Assembly (NCBI GenBank): GCA_963775895.1
Contig: CAVZKL010000027.1
Location: 20,565-84,564 of the forward strand
Direction: 5' to 3'
Length of the DNA stretch: 64,000 nucleotides
DNA from: Candidatus Bathyarchaeota archaeon
Lineage (GTDB): Archaea > Thermoproteota > Bathyarchaeia > Bathyarchaeales > Bathycorpusculaceae
Shown: piece by piece, positions 31,514 to 41,339 of the stretch
Position numbering within the stretch: position 1 is the stretch's first letter
Layout: every line of letters starts with the position of its first letter
Notes under the pieces: generated by a model
Told to the model about the DNA's origin: nothing
Seen by the model: the letters and a program-made list of their open reading frames with translations, nothing else
Database searches by the model: none
Program-made: the position numbers and the translations under genes

Positions 31514-32119
31514 ATGTCTTCAGTTAGGAAGACGCCGACAAAAAAGGAGAGAGCTTCCATTGTACTCTGCATCTGTGGCATGGCCGGAAGCGGCAAGAGT
31601 ACTCTCTCAAGAAAGATCGCTGAAAAATACCACTTACAATACTTTTCCGGTGGGGATGCTTTGATGGCGCTGGCTTTGGAAAAGGGTTATTCTGCTCTTG
31701 AACGTGGATGGTGGGAGAGCAAAGAAGGACTACGTTTCCTTGAGAAAAGAGGCAAAGACCCAGCCTTTGACATGGCTGTTGACAAGAAGCAACTAGAAAT
31801 GGCTGAAGAGGGAAACGTGGTTTTGGACAGCTGGACCATGCCGTGGCTTCTCCAGAAAGGCTTCAAGATATGGTTGGAAGCGTCACCTGAGAAGAGGGCT
31901 GAACGAATCGCTGGAAGGGACAAAATTGGCTTCAACGAGGCGTTGGCAGCTTTGAAACAAAAGGAAAAGCGGACCCAGGTTATCTATAAGAAGATGTACG
32001 GCTTCAGTCTGGGAGAGGATTTCGCGCCCTTCAACTTCATTCTTGACACGGAGACGTTGGACGCTGAAGAAGTTTTTCGAGTTTTGTGTATGGTAGTAGA
32101 GAACGTTGCGTTTGGGTAG
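31514..32119 (+). CDS. cmk: Cytidylate kinase (archaeal type)
   Basis: GMAGSGKST, SGGD, KIWLEAS..RAERIA.RD, YKKMYG. Confidence 0.9.
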   Translation: MSSVRKTPTKKERASIVLCICGMAGSGKSTLSRKIAEKYHLQYFSGGDALMALALEKGYSALERGWWESKEGLRFLEKRGKDPAFDMAVDKKQLEMAEEGNVVLDSWTMPWLLQKGFKIWLEASPEKRAERIAGRDKIGFNEALAALKQKEKRTQVIYKKMYGFSLGEDFAPFNFILDTETLDAEEVFRVLCMVVENVAFG

Positions 32120-32205
32120 GTTTTTTCTGGAGCACGAACCTGCTCTCTTGGTCCCTGGAAAATTGTGAATGAGTATTGCGTATGAATGGTCAGCACAAGA
32201 TCATC

Positions 32206-32334
32206 TTATATGACGACGGCTTCTTCGTCAAGCGTTCCGTTTCTGATAAATTCCTCTGGATTGGTTACGATGACAACAAAGCCTTGGACCTGAATGCTGA
32301 TGCTGAATTCTTCCGTATTTTCCTCGATGGACAT
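32206..32334 (-). CDS. Possible small acidic peptide (42 aa), not in ORF track
   Basis: ATG..TAA; MSIEENTEEFSISIQVQGFVVIVTNPEEFIRNGTLDEEAVVI. Confidence 0.35.
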   Translation of the reverse strand: MSIEENTEEFSISIQVQGFVVIVTNPEEFIRNGTLDEEAVVI

Positions 32335-32699
32335 GATCTATCAATAGTCGTTTTCGTCGTATTGATTTGACAGTTCTATCGTTGCTGGCATGCCTAGAAC
32401 ATCTTGTGCGCGTTCATGCGGTCAACAGCCATTCGATTTGGCAGAAAAAGATTGACAAAACTCCGAGATTTCAGCATTTGGCTAGGCCAAACCGCTTTTC
32501 TAGTGCATTAAGACTTAAGTCGTTCCGCAAAATATTTAAACAAACCGAACTCTAAAACACTAGCGATCGACTACATGGCAGATCGCGAACTGTTTCAGCT
32601 CGAGAACACGGAAATCAAGCAAATCTCGAAAGATTTGGCGCTCGTCTGGAAACAACTGGCTCGTCTCGTTGACATCGAAGCAGTTGGTGACAAAAAAGC

Positions 32700-33785
32700 C
32701 TAGTACGCCGCGACCCGCTGTTCCCAACGCAATTGCGCGATCGGTTTCTTTCTTAGAATCAGCCGTCTGGCGTTTTTCCATTGTTCCTGTGCCACTAGAA
32801 TGTTGGCGAGTACGCTTCCGTGCAATGAATAGAAAATGTAGCACATGTAAGTGCAGCGCTTGCATTTGCTGTATTGCTCCTGCAGCGCCTTCAGTTCTGG
32901 TGTATCCCAGATTGATGGCAAATCAAACACGGTCGTGGTCGGGTCGTGCAGGTGGCATCCAGCGACTCTTCCTACGTGGTCGATCATGAAGAAGTTTTGG
33001 AAAGCTCGGCATTCCCAAGGTCTTTCTCCCGTCAAGTATAGATTCTTGATTGCCTTCAGCAATTTCGTGGTCATCATGATGTTGCTGGTTTTCTTCTTCA
33101 TCTCTATGAGAGAATCGCACAGCTTGACCATTGCGTCTTTGTCAACGATCGTGAACTGGTCATCTTTTTTGCCTATCTTGAAAAGATTGCCTTCGTCGGG
33201 CGTTGTATCATAGGAGTAGAGGCTGTACCAGACGGGTATATCCTTGGCTGCAAAGTACTTGGTGAAGTCGAGAATTTCGTGGAGGTTGTACTGAGATATC
33301 GTCGGTGCGACTCCTACAGAGACGCCTTGGTTGTGCAGCTCTTCAACAGCCTGCATAGCCATGCGCCATGCCCCTTTGACGCCTCTGATGTAATCGTTCT
33401 TCTTGGGATCAAGACTGTCAATCGAGATTGCGACGAGATCCGCGTGGCGTAAAGCATCGATTTTCTTGAGAGCCATGCTTCCGTTGTCGTATACTGTTGT
33501 TATGAAAAACTGTGAAGCGTATTCTACTATTTCGTTAATGTCGTCTCTCAAAAGCGGGTTGCCACCCGATAGAACCAGGTCTACCACACCTATGTCTCGC
33601 AGAATACTGAGGCCCCTCTTCACCGCTTCTGTTGACAGTTCGTTTCTGTCTTGTTGTCGCCACACGTTACAGCCCCTGCAACGGAAGTTGCATTTTCTGG
33701 TGAGCATCCACTGAGCGTGGTGGGGCTTGTTGGGGGTGAGTGAACGAATCGCTATGCTTCGGGCCTTTTTGAGAGACATTACCAA
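32700..33785 (-). CDS. Radical SAM protein with SPASM/twitch-like C-terminus
   Basis: CNFRCRGC, SGGNPLLR, ISIDS; C-terminal C..F.ID..G.V.GC and CKRCTYMC. Confidence 0.88.
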   Translation of the reverse strand: MVMSLKKARSIAIRSLTPNKPHHAQWMLTRKCNFRCRGCNVWRQQDRNELSTEAVKRGLSILRDIGVVDLVLSGGNPLLRDDINEIVEYASQFFITTVYDNGSMALKKIDALRHADLVAISIDSLDPKKNDYIRGVKGAWRMAMQAVEELHNQGVSVGVAPTISQYNLHEILDFTKYFAAKDIPVWYSLYSYDTTPDEGNLFKIGKKDDQFTIVDKDAMVKLCDSLIEMKKKTSNIMMTTKLLKAIKNLYLTGERPWECRAFQNFFMIDHVGRVAGCHLHDPTTTVFDLPSIWDTPELKALQEQYSKCKRCTYMCYIFYSLHGSVLANILVAQEQWKNARRLILRKKPIAQLRWEQRVAAY

Positions 33786-33860
33786 ATATTATTACGCCTT
33801 GTGAAGTGATTCCCTAATCGACAAACTGCCGCTCTTGCTAGGAGCGACATAGTGGGGAAT

Positions 33861-33872
33861 CCTATATAAAGG
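33861..33872. promoter_or_regulatory. Possible TATA box between divergent radical SAM and GT2 genes
   Basis: CCTATATAAAGG near-palindrome in the intergenic gap. Confidence 0.35.
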
Positions 33873-34012
33873 TAAACTCTTCAGGACATAGAACTGGAAG
33901 TTTCCTGGTCTTGCTTGACGATGGAATCGGATGTGTTTCAGAAGACTCTTCCTGTGAGGCCGCGAAGGTTCATGGCGAAATGGTTTACTGTCAGCAATTA
34001 GGTGCATGATGG

Positions 34013-34753
34013 ATGAAAACAGACCGAGTGGATGTCGTTGTGCTCACGAAGAACAGCGAAAGGCTTCTCGAGTTATGCTTTGACTCGATATTTGCAAACG
34101 TTCCCGTGAACCGCCTGATCGTGGTAGATGGATGCTCAACTGATTCTACTCAGAGCATAGTGCAAACGTACATGGAGAAATATGGAAACGTGGTTCTGTT
34201 AGAGGACGATGGGACTCGCGGAAGTGCAAGGTTAAAGGGAATAAGAGAAGTTGAAACCGACTGGTTTGTTTTTGTCGACAGCGACGTAATCTTGTGCACC
34301 GACTGGTTTAGCAAGGCCAAGAGATACGTTGAGAAAGATGTGGGCGGAATCTGGGGAACGGAAGTCTGGACAGGCATTCGCAATCCCGAGGTGCTGAAAC
34401 TCTTTTTGATGGTTACGCGGCGAATTTTCGAGTTGAGAGGCGGAACGCATGATCTGCTCGTACGTTCCGAGGCTGTCAGAGGAATAGATATCCCGTGGAA
34501 TCTGCACGTTTTTGAGGACGCTTACATCAAGGACTGGATAGAGAAGAAAGGTTATCGGGTGGTTCCCACGTACATTCCGTTCTGTTTGCATCACAGGCCC
34601 GAGTCCGTCTGGACAGTTCGAGGAAGTCGAAACCTCATAGTTGAAGCCTTGAGATACGGTTCACTACGAAAAATGCCCAGCTATTTCCTTGCCTATGGTT
34701 TCTACACCCTCTACGTCGGTTACAGAATGTTCGCAGAAAGGCGGAGAAAATGA
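34013..34753 (+). CDS. Glycosyltransferase family 2
   Basis: VVLTKNSE, VVDGCSTD, FVDSD, FED. Confidence 0.85.
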   Translation: MKTDRVDVVVLTKNSERLLELCFDSIFANVPVNRLIVVDGCSTDSTQSIVQTYMEKYGNVVLLEDDGTRGSARLKGIREVETDWFVFVDSDVILCTDWFSKAKRYVEKDVGGIWGTEVWTGIRNPEVLKLFLMVTRRIFELRGGTHDLLVRSEAVRGIDIPWNLHVFEDAYIKDWIEKKGYRVVPTYIPFCLHHRPESVWTVRGSRNLIVEALRYGSLRKMPSYFLAYGFYTLYVGYRMFAERRRK

Positions 34754-34773
34754 TTACTGATGCGTAATGATAA

Positions 34774-35784
34774 TTAGGACTTTGCCAAGGCCATCCACAA
34801 ATGGTCACAGATAGGCCGCGCAAGTTCCTTTTCAGTTCCGTCTCTAAATATTATAGTCCGCTTCTTGGTTGCGGGCAAGAATTCACCGACCACGGTTGCC
34901 AAGATACTTTTCTTTTCTAGGTTGTGCACAATGTTTCCTGCGCGATTCCTGCTTGCTGCAATCAACATGCTCCCTGAGGCAATCAAGTAGAACGGATCGA
35001 TTTCGAAGCTCTTGCATATTTGAATGGTCTCATCTGCGATGGGAACTTTTTCTTCATAGATTTTGAAGCCAAGGTTTGACGCGTCTGCCATTTCGTGTAT
35101 TCCTCCGGCTACTCCACCTTCTGTCGGGTCGTGCATTGCATGGACGCCGCCAGTCTTGTACGCTGTTAAGGCTTCTTTTGTCACGCTGATCTGGGAAAAG
35201 AACTCTTGGGCCTTTTTGATGACAGATACGTTGATGGTTTTTGACAGTTTGTTTTCTCGGTCTGACGCCAGTATCGCGGTTCCTTCAATGCCAGCGGTCT
35301 TGGTCAGGATTATCCAATCGCCTGCTCTGGCTCCTGCTGCTGTCACGTAGTCGTTCTTCTCTGCTATGCCCATGGCACAACCTACGATTATGGGGTTTTT
35401 GAGTCCGGGAGTCGTTTCGCAGTGTCCTCCGATTATTGCCATTCCAAGCTCTTTTGCTGCCTTGTCCATTTGTGTACTGATGATTTCGACGGTATTTTTG
35501 TCGACCTTTTCTGGAAGCAGGATGCATGAGAGAAAGAAGGCTGGTTCAACCCCGAATGTGGAGACATCGTTGGCGTTTACGTTTACTGCGAGCCAACCGA
35601 TTCTTTCGAGGGCTCCTGTTATCGGATCTATTTTTGCGATTAGCGATTTGTTTCCTAGACTTATGACGGCGCAGTCAATTCCAGCGGCGGGTCCAAGTAT
35701 CACATCTGCGCGTTTGGCGCCTAAGTTTTTGAACACTATTTGTTTCAGGATGTCTACAGGGATTTTTCCAGGTGGCAATGGCAT
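34774..35784 (-). CDS. AIR synthase-related (PurM-like) family protein
   Basis: GIDCAV, IDPITG, NANDV, IIGGHCE, MHDPTEGG. Confidence 0.85.
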   Translation of the reverse strand: MPLPPGKIPVDILKQIVFKNLGAKRADVILGPAAGIDCAVISLGNKSLIAKIDPITGALERIGWLAVNVNANDVSTFGVEPAFFLSCILLPEKVDKNTVEIISTQMDKAAKELGMAIIGGHCETTPGLKNPIIVGCAMGIAEKNDYVTAAGARAGDWIILTKTAGIEGTAILASDRENKLSKTINVSVIKKAQEFFSQISVTKEALTAYKTGGVHAMHDPTEGGVAGGIHEMADASNLGFKIYEEKVPIADETIQICKSFEIDPFYLIASGSMLIAASRNRAGNIVHNLEKKSILATVVGEFLPATKKRTIIFRDGTEKELARPICDHLWMALAKS

Positions 35785-35804
35785 CGCAAGGCCTCCTGCA
35801 AGCT

Positions 35805-36572
35805 CTAGACGTTCGTCCAGCTTTTAAGCTGTGGAAGGCTTCGCAGGACAATTCGTGCGACGGGCAGGGCGACCACCAGGCCGATTATCATTTGTCCAAT
35901 GTTGATCGGAACCTCCACGATCGCCGCGCCTTTGCCCAGAATGAAGGTTTCGTAGAGGAAATACCCCAGAACCATTTCCAGGCCTCCAGCTATCATGGCG
36001 AGCATAGCTCTTCCAGATTCGGGGTCAGTTTTGAATCCTAAGAAAACTATGAGCAAAGCTACGATTGCTCCCAAGATGAACCAGAACTCCACTGGAAGAG
36101 AGAATGTGAAGGTCGGGTTCAAAGGAGGAGGGATTCCGAGGAATAATTGAATTTCTCCGGTGTAGTAGATGGAGCCTGTGAGAATCAAGGCACCTCCAAC
36201 GATAACTCCCAGAATAGCGGTTAGTACGCGCCAACTGGCTTTAGAAGTTCCTCGCAACCTATCGCTGACGAATCCCACGATGGCTCCTTCACACGCCTTT
36301 ATCACGAGCGTTCCTGGGAAGAAGGGAAAAGCGACAAGCATGTCGGCAAGGGCCGCACCAACACCGCCCGCGAAACCGCCGACGTATGGTCCGAAAACAA
36401 TTGCGGCGACGTAGATTACGGTCTCTCCGATGTTGAAATACCCTGATGTGGCCGGAACTGCGACAGTGAAAACCAGCGTTGCCACAAATGTAAGGGCGGC
36501 GAACACTGCGCACAGGGCCAGTGTGAAAACAACTCTCGCGGAGTGTGTGACGGCGTACATCTCGCAGACCAC
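35805..36572 (-). CDS. ECF transporter S component
   Basis: GYFNIGE, FGPYVGGFAGGVGAALAD, TLVIK. Confidence 0.82.
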   Translation of the reverse strand: MVCEMYAVTHSARVVFTLALCAVFAALTFVATLVFTVAVPATSGYFNIGETVIYVAAIVFGPYVGGFAGGVGAALADMLVAFPFFPGTLVIKACEGAIVGFVSDRLRGTSKASWRVLTAILGVIVGGALILTGSIYYTGEIQLFLGIPPPLNPTFTFSLPVEFWFILGAIVALLIVFLGFKTDPESGRAMLAMIAGGLEMVLGYFLYETFILGKGAAIVEVPINIGQMIIGLVVALPVARIVLRSLPQLKSWTNV

Positions 36573-36708
36573 TTGAATATTACATCAAGGTACTCGTCTT
36601 TAGTCTTTCGCAATAGGTGGAAGAATTTTGGCGTTTTTGTTCGTTTTGTGGGCAAAGAATGAGAAAACCTAAATGCAAGTCTCACGATGATACGTAGCAA
36701 ATTGCGGG

Positions 36709-37095
36709 TTGAAAATCATGAGCCAAGAGAAAGAAGATCCGGTCAGACTGCACAAACAGGCTAACGCTCTTTTCGATGCGGGGAAATTTAAGGAAGCAGA
36801 AGAGATCTTTGCGAAGACCGCCGAACTTTACTACAAGGTGCAAGACTACTTCGATTCAACTTCGATGCACTACAAGGCTGGCGAGTCTGCCTTTGCGCTT
36901 AAGAACTACGAAAAAGCGGTTGAACATTTCTCGAAATCAGCTGAAATTGCCTTCCAGAAAGGGTTCGATAGGTTCGGAGTTAGCGCTCTTGAGTACGAGA
37001 GAGACTGCTACAAAGCCTTGACCAAGAGTGCAAAGGTCAAAGAACTGGACAAGAAGATTCAAGAAATCAAGAAGAAACTGGAAGAGACGTTCTAA
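36709..37095 (+). CDS. TPR/SNAP-like helical repeat protein
   Basis: Helical repeats ANALFDAGKFKEA, YEKAVEHFSKSA. Confidence 0.65.
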   Translation: MKIMSQEKEDPVRLHKQANALFDAGKFKEAEEIFAKTAELYYKVQDYFDSTSMHYKAGESAFALKNYEKAVEHFSKSAEIAFQKGFDRFGVSALEYERDCYKALTKSAKVKELDKKIQEIKKKLEETF

Positions 37096-37206
37096 ATCTT
37101 TCTGCTTTGTTCCGCTATTCTTTTTGGTTTTCTGGTCCAAGGCAATGCTTATCTTTTCATTATTGGTAGAGGACACCGTGAAACTGTCTTAAGGGTTTCA
37201 GCGGTT

Positions 37207-38898
37207 ATGTCGACACCATTTAAGTCTCTGGCAGAACTGGGAGAAAAACTGGAGGCAACGACAAAACGGTTGCTCATGATAGATTTTGCTGCTGCTTTCT
37301 TGAAGTCAGTGGAGTCAAAAGAGATCGAACCCGCCGTGAACATGCTTCTCGGCAGACCTTTCCCGAAGTGGGACCAGCGAACCCTTGACGTAAGCTGGAC
37401 AATTCTGAGCGATATCATCAGGCGCATAACTGGCGTGGATTGGAAAGTCTTCGGAGAAGCTTTCGGCAAAACGGGCGATATAGGCGCAGCAACGATGATA
37501 GTGTTCGAAAACAGCATGGTCAAACGACAGGCTTCACTTTTTGAAAAAGTCTTGACGATATCAGAGGTCAGACATAACTTTGAAGCAATCGCAGAGACAG
37601 CGGGTGCTGGTTCGCGAGAAAAGAAGGAACGCCTCATAGAAGCTTTGCTGAGCAGGGCCTCTCCCCTCGAAGCAAAATATTTGGTTAAGATTTTCACAGG
37701 GGAGATGCGAACTGGTTTTCATGAGGGTCTGATGGAGCAGGCGGTCTCTGAGGCTTTTCAAATCCCTCTTCATGAAGTGCAGGAAGCCAGCATGATCCTC
37801 GGAGACGTTGGAACGGTGGCGTCGACAGCGAAGACCTATGGCCAGAATGGTCTCAGCAGGGTTGAGTTCAAGATTTTTCGTCCCGTCAGTCTCATGCTCG
37901 CGCAGGTGGCAGAGGATGTCAAGACCGCATTGAAAGAGCACGGCGGTAGAACGGCTTTTGAATTCAAGTATGATGGGGCAAGGATTCAGATTCACAAATC
38001 AGAGGACGGCGTCAGAATTTTCAGTCGAAGACTGACAGATGTTACGGACAGTCTGCCAGAAATCGTCGACTTGGCCAAAGAATTGTCCGCTGAAGAAGTG
38101 ATCTTGGAGGGAGAAGTGGTCGCAGTTGACGATAAGGGCTACCCTATTCCATTTCAGCATCTTATGCGTAGATTCAGAAGAGTCCATGGAATAGCGGACG
38201 CTGCTGAAAAGATTCCTTTGAGACTATTTTTGTTCGACATACTGTATTTGGATGGAAAGAGTCTCATCGCGTGTCCCTACGTGCAGCGCAGGGAAACGTT
38301 GGCTTCCGCTGCAGGAAAGCTTCCTTTGACCTCTCAACTGGTGACCGGCAATGTGGAAGAGGCTGAACACTTTCTCGAACAGGCCATGGACGCTGGGCAT
38401 GAGGGTTTGATGGCTAAGAAACTCGATGGCCCATACACGCCTGGTGTACGCGGGAAGCGTTGGCTCAAAGTCAAACCCGTTCTAGACCTTCTGGATCTCG
38501 TGATAGTCGCTGCTGAATGGGGTTACGGGCGAAGGCACGATTGGCTTTCGGACTACTACTTGGCGGCGAGGGATACTGAGAAAGGCGGCTTTCAACCTGT
38601 CGGGAAGACGTTCAAGGGATTAACTGACGCTGAAATAATAGAGATGACCAGGCGACTCAAAGAATTGACTGTGGAAACCGAGCCCAGAAGGGTGGTTGTC
38701 TTGCCCAAAATAGTCGTTGAAGTAGCGTACAACGAGGTTCAGAAGAGTCCAAAGTATGAGTGTCAAATGGCGTTGCGATTCGCGCGAATAACCAGAATTC
38801 GAGACGACAAGACGCCTGAAGAAGCGGACACGATCCAACGGGTCAGAGAGATCTATGAGAGACAGTTTCAGAAAAAAGGCAGATATACGACTGAGTGA
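37207..38898 (+). CDS. lig: ATP-dependent DNA ligase
   Basis: EFKYDGAR, LEGE, FDIL, EGLMAK, WLKVK, LRFARI..RDDK. Confidence 0.96.
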   Translation: MSTPFKSLAELGEKLEATTKRLLMIDFAAAFLKSVESKEIEPAVNMLLGRPFPKWDQRTLDVSWTILSDIIRRITGVDWKVFGEAFGKTGDIGAATMIVFENSMVKRQASLFEKVLTISEVRHNFEAIAETAGAGSREKKERLIEALLSRASPLEAKYLVKIFTGEMRTGFHEGLMEQAVSEAFQIPLHEVQEASMILGDVGTVASTAKTYGQNGLSRVEFKIFRPVSLMLAQVAEDVKTALKEHGGRTAFEFKYDGARIQIHKSEDGVRIFSRRLTDVTDSLPEIVDLAKELSAEEVILEGEVVAVDDKGYPIPFQHLMRRFRRVHGIADAAEKIPLRLFLFDILYLDGKSLIACPYVQRRETLASAAGKLPLTSQLVTGNVEEAEHFLEQAMDAGHEGLMAKKLDGPYTPGVRGKRWLKVKPVLDLLDLVIVAAEWGYGRRHDWLSDYYLAARDTEKGGFQPVGKTFKGLTDAEIIEMTRRLKELTVETEPRRVVVLPKIVVEVAYNEVQKSPKYECQMALRFARITRIRDDKTPEEADTIQRVREIYERQFQKKGRYTTE

Positions 38899-38926
38899 CA
38901 GCAGAATAGTTGTTCAGAGGGTCAGT

Positions 38927-39967
38927 GTGTCGAGAAAAAGTGCGCTTCCATCGTTTGCCGAGTACTATAACCGTCAGATTAGGTTGAACGAGTTCGGGGT
39001 CAAGGGACAGAGGAAGCTTTCCAAGTCAAGGGTCGCGATTGTAGGACTCGGCGGGTTGGGGACGGTTTCATCCTTGTATCTTGCCGTTGCAGGGATTGGG
39101 CATTTGCGTTTGATCGATCAGGATACGGTTGAGGTGGCAAACTTGCATCGGCAGATTCTGTACACTCCGGAGGACGTGGGCTATCCGAAGGTTGAAGCAT
39201 CGGCGAAGAGATTGGCTAAGACGAATCCGTTGGTTGAGGTTGAACCAGTTCCTGAAAACGTGAACGCGAACAACGTTGAGAAGCTGCTTTCAGGAGTGGA
39301 CTGCGTTGTTGATGGTCTGGATAATTTGCGTACACGGTATTTGGTCAATCGGGCTTGTGTGAAGTTGACTGTTCCGTACGTTTTTGGAGCGGCTATAGGG
39401 CTTGAGGGTAACCTTTCAGTTTTTCAACCGCCCGAGACGCCTTGTTTGGAGTGTGTGTTGTCAGGGGTCGATGACAATTATCTTCAGACGTGTGACGTGA
39501 GAGGGGTTCTCGGCGCCACGGCTGGAATTATCGGAACGATGCAGGCTATGGAAACAATTAAGGTCTTAGCCGGGATTGGCTCGACTTTGAAGGGTCGACT
39601 GATGATCTGCGACTTCAGCGATATGTACTTTTCAACGATCGAGATTTACAGACGAGAAGGGTGCTCGGCATGTCAGCCTGGGGTTGCTGCCCCAGCAACG
39701 AGGGAGAAGTTGGTTTGGCTGTGCGGACGGGATACGGCTAACATAAACCCTGACTTACCGTTGAAAATGAGCTTGGACGATGCTTACCAACTGATCGAGA
39801 AGGACTTTAAGGTGCGTATCAAGTCCAAGCTTGCCGTGATATTCGACTACAACGGTTTTGAGGTGACGTTGTTCAACGGGGGACGGATGTTGATCAAGAA
39901 CGTGAAGACTGAGAAAGCCGCTTTGAACGTTTACAGGCAGATCAGAAGAAAGCTCGGCGATGGCTGA
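38927..39967 (+). CDS. ThiF/MoeB/UbaA family adenylyltransferase
   Basis: YNRQI, GLGGLG, D.D.VEVANLHRQ, PCLEC, C..C, C-terminal LCGRD domain; start uncertain. Confidence 0.9.
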   Translation: MSRKSALPSFAEYYNRQIRLNEFGVKGQRKLSKSRVAIVGLGGLGTVSSLYLAVAGIGHLRLIDQDTVEVANLHRQILYTPEDVGYPKVEASAKRLAKTNPLVEVEPVPENVNANNVEKLLSGVDCVVDGLDNLRTRYLVNRACVKLTVPYVFGAAIGLEGNLSVFQPPETPCLECVLSGVDDNYLQTCDVRGVLGATAGIIGTMQAMETIKVLAGIGSTLKGRLMICDFSDMYFSTIEIYRREGCSACQPGVAAPATREKLVWLCGRDTANINPDLPLKMSLDDAYQLIEKDFKVRIKSKLAVIFDYNGFEVTLFNGGRMLIKNVKTEKAALNVYRQIRRKLGDG

Positions 39968-40003
39968 TAAGCTATTTATCTGAGTGTTTTCGATATCTTC
40001 CTT

Positions 40004-40076
40004 GCCGGGGTGGCCGAACGGTTCAGGCGGTTGCCTGCAGAGCAGCTATATATGGGTTCAACTCCCATCCCCGGCT
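40004..40076 (+). tRNA. tRNA-Cys (GCA), intronless
   Basis: Acceptor GCCGGGG/CCCCGGC, anticodon stem GTTGC/GCAGC with loop CTGCAGA, T-arm ATGGG-TTCAACT-CCCAT, discriminator T. Confidence 0.93.
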
Positions 40077-40413
40077 TTTCAGCATAAACCCATAGATTCA
40101 ATCATGTTTAATGGATGGCTTGACGTGCGCGCGCCTCATTCCTCATCCTACCGTTGCTCTTCATAATGATACTGTAGGCAGTCGTTGTCCGCGAGCATAG
40201 TGCCCGCTATTGGGAGATTTCGGTGCATTATGGGCCCTCCCCTCCTCGGTTTCAATGTATCGTGAATATTAGGATCCAAATATGCACGCATGCGATTGGA
40301 GGAATTCACTCAAGCCATTGGGTTTTCAGCCTTTCTCTGACACTCATTTTGAGTGTCACTAGCGCGCGTTACCGTGCTGTTCTTTCATACAGTGGGCTTT
40401 TCCAAATGCGCGC

Positions 40414-40971
40414 TCACAGCTTGACGCTCACTTCAAGTCCGTCCTCACCCATCGGAACATATTTGCTACTGTACTTACCTGAAGACCTTATGTAACTGAG
40501 AAAGTCTTTCATCTCATCAGCGAAGATCCCTGCGTTGTCCGCGACAATGTTGCTTCCTTTGTGCAGTTTGTTCTCAACAAGCCGCAAATAGTCCAGATAT
40601 TCACTTTTTTCAGCATCCAGAAAAACCAAGTCAAACTTGCCCCTCAGAGTTGGAATGACCTCGATTGCATCTCCCACGACTACCTCTACGGTTGCCGCCA
40701 CTTCAGCCTTTTTTATGTTTTTTCTCGCTTCTTCTGCTTCCTGTGGATGAATTTCAATGGTTATCAGATGGGCGTCGCTCTCGAGCTCCTTCGCCATCAG
40801 AATGGCCGAATAACCGATGAAAGTTCCAACTTCCAAAACTCGCTTTGGTCTGATTTTTCGAATGACTTCCACTAGGACTTGACCTTTTTGAGGTCCGACG
40901 ATGGGTAGAAACTTTCTTTTAGTCATTGCTTCAATTTCCATCAATACACTGTCGGCCTTACTCAAAATCAT
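40414..40971 (-). CDS. O-methyltransferase (caffeoyl-CoA OMT-like)
   Basis: LEVGTFIGYS, FDLVFLDAEK, VADN. Confidence 0.88.
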   Translation of the reverse strand: MILSKADSVLMEIEAMTKRKFLPIVGPQKGQVLVEVIRKIRPKRVLEVGTFIGYSAILMAKELESDAHLITIEIHPQEAEEARKNIKKAEVAATVEVVVGDAIEVIPTLRGKFDLVFLDAEKSEYLDYLRLVENKLHKGSNIVADNAGIFADEMKDFLSYIRSSGKYSSKYVPMGEDGLEVSVKL

Positions 40972-41339
40972 CCAACCCTAAACAAACTGTTCTTCCCCTT
41001 TAATCAAGTCATCCTTGGCCACGGTTGTTTTTGATGGAAGGAAGTAATCAGGAGCCAATCTTGGCTTCTTTCACCACTGGACGAGCTATTGCGCGCGCGT
41101 GGATGACTTCCGATCACTGCATACTGGGGCATGATCATTTCACCTAATACATGATGTCGTCAGAGCACCTTTTGAGTATGAGTGACTGCCACCCGACAGC
41201 AACAGCGAAGAAGACGTACCGTTGACCATGTTAACACTTGCCGTTCTGGCGAACAGATTTGCGCAGTTGCAAATCACGATATCTCTCTTAACTCGAGACC
41301 ACAGATTAATGACCAGTCGAAAAGTGAGAAAAAGGCCGA

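Noticed and set aside
32176-32370. 64-aa plus-strand ORF after cmk
   Set aside because: No recognisable features; it overlaps a competing minus-strand ORF and neither is firmly supported.
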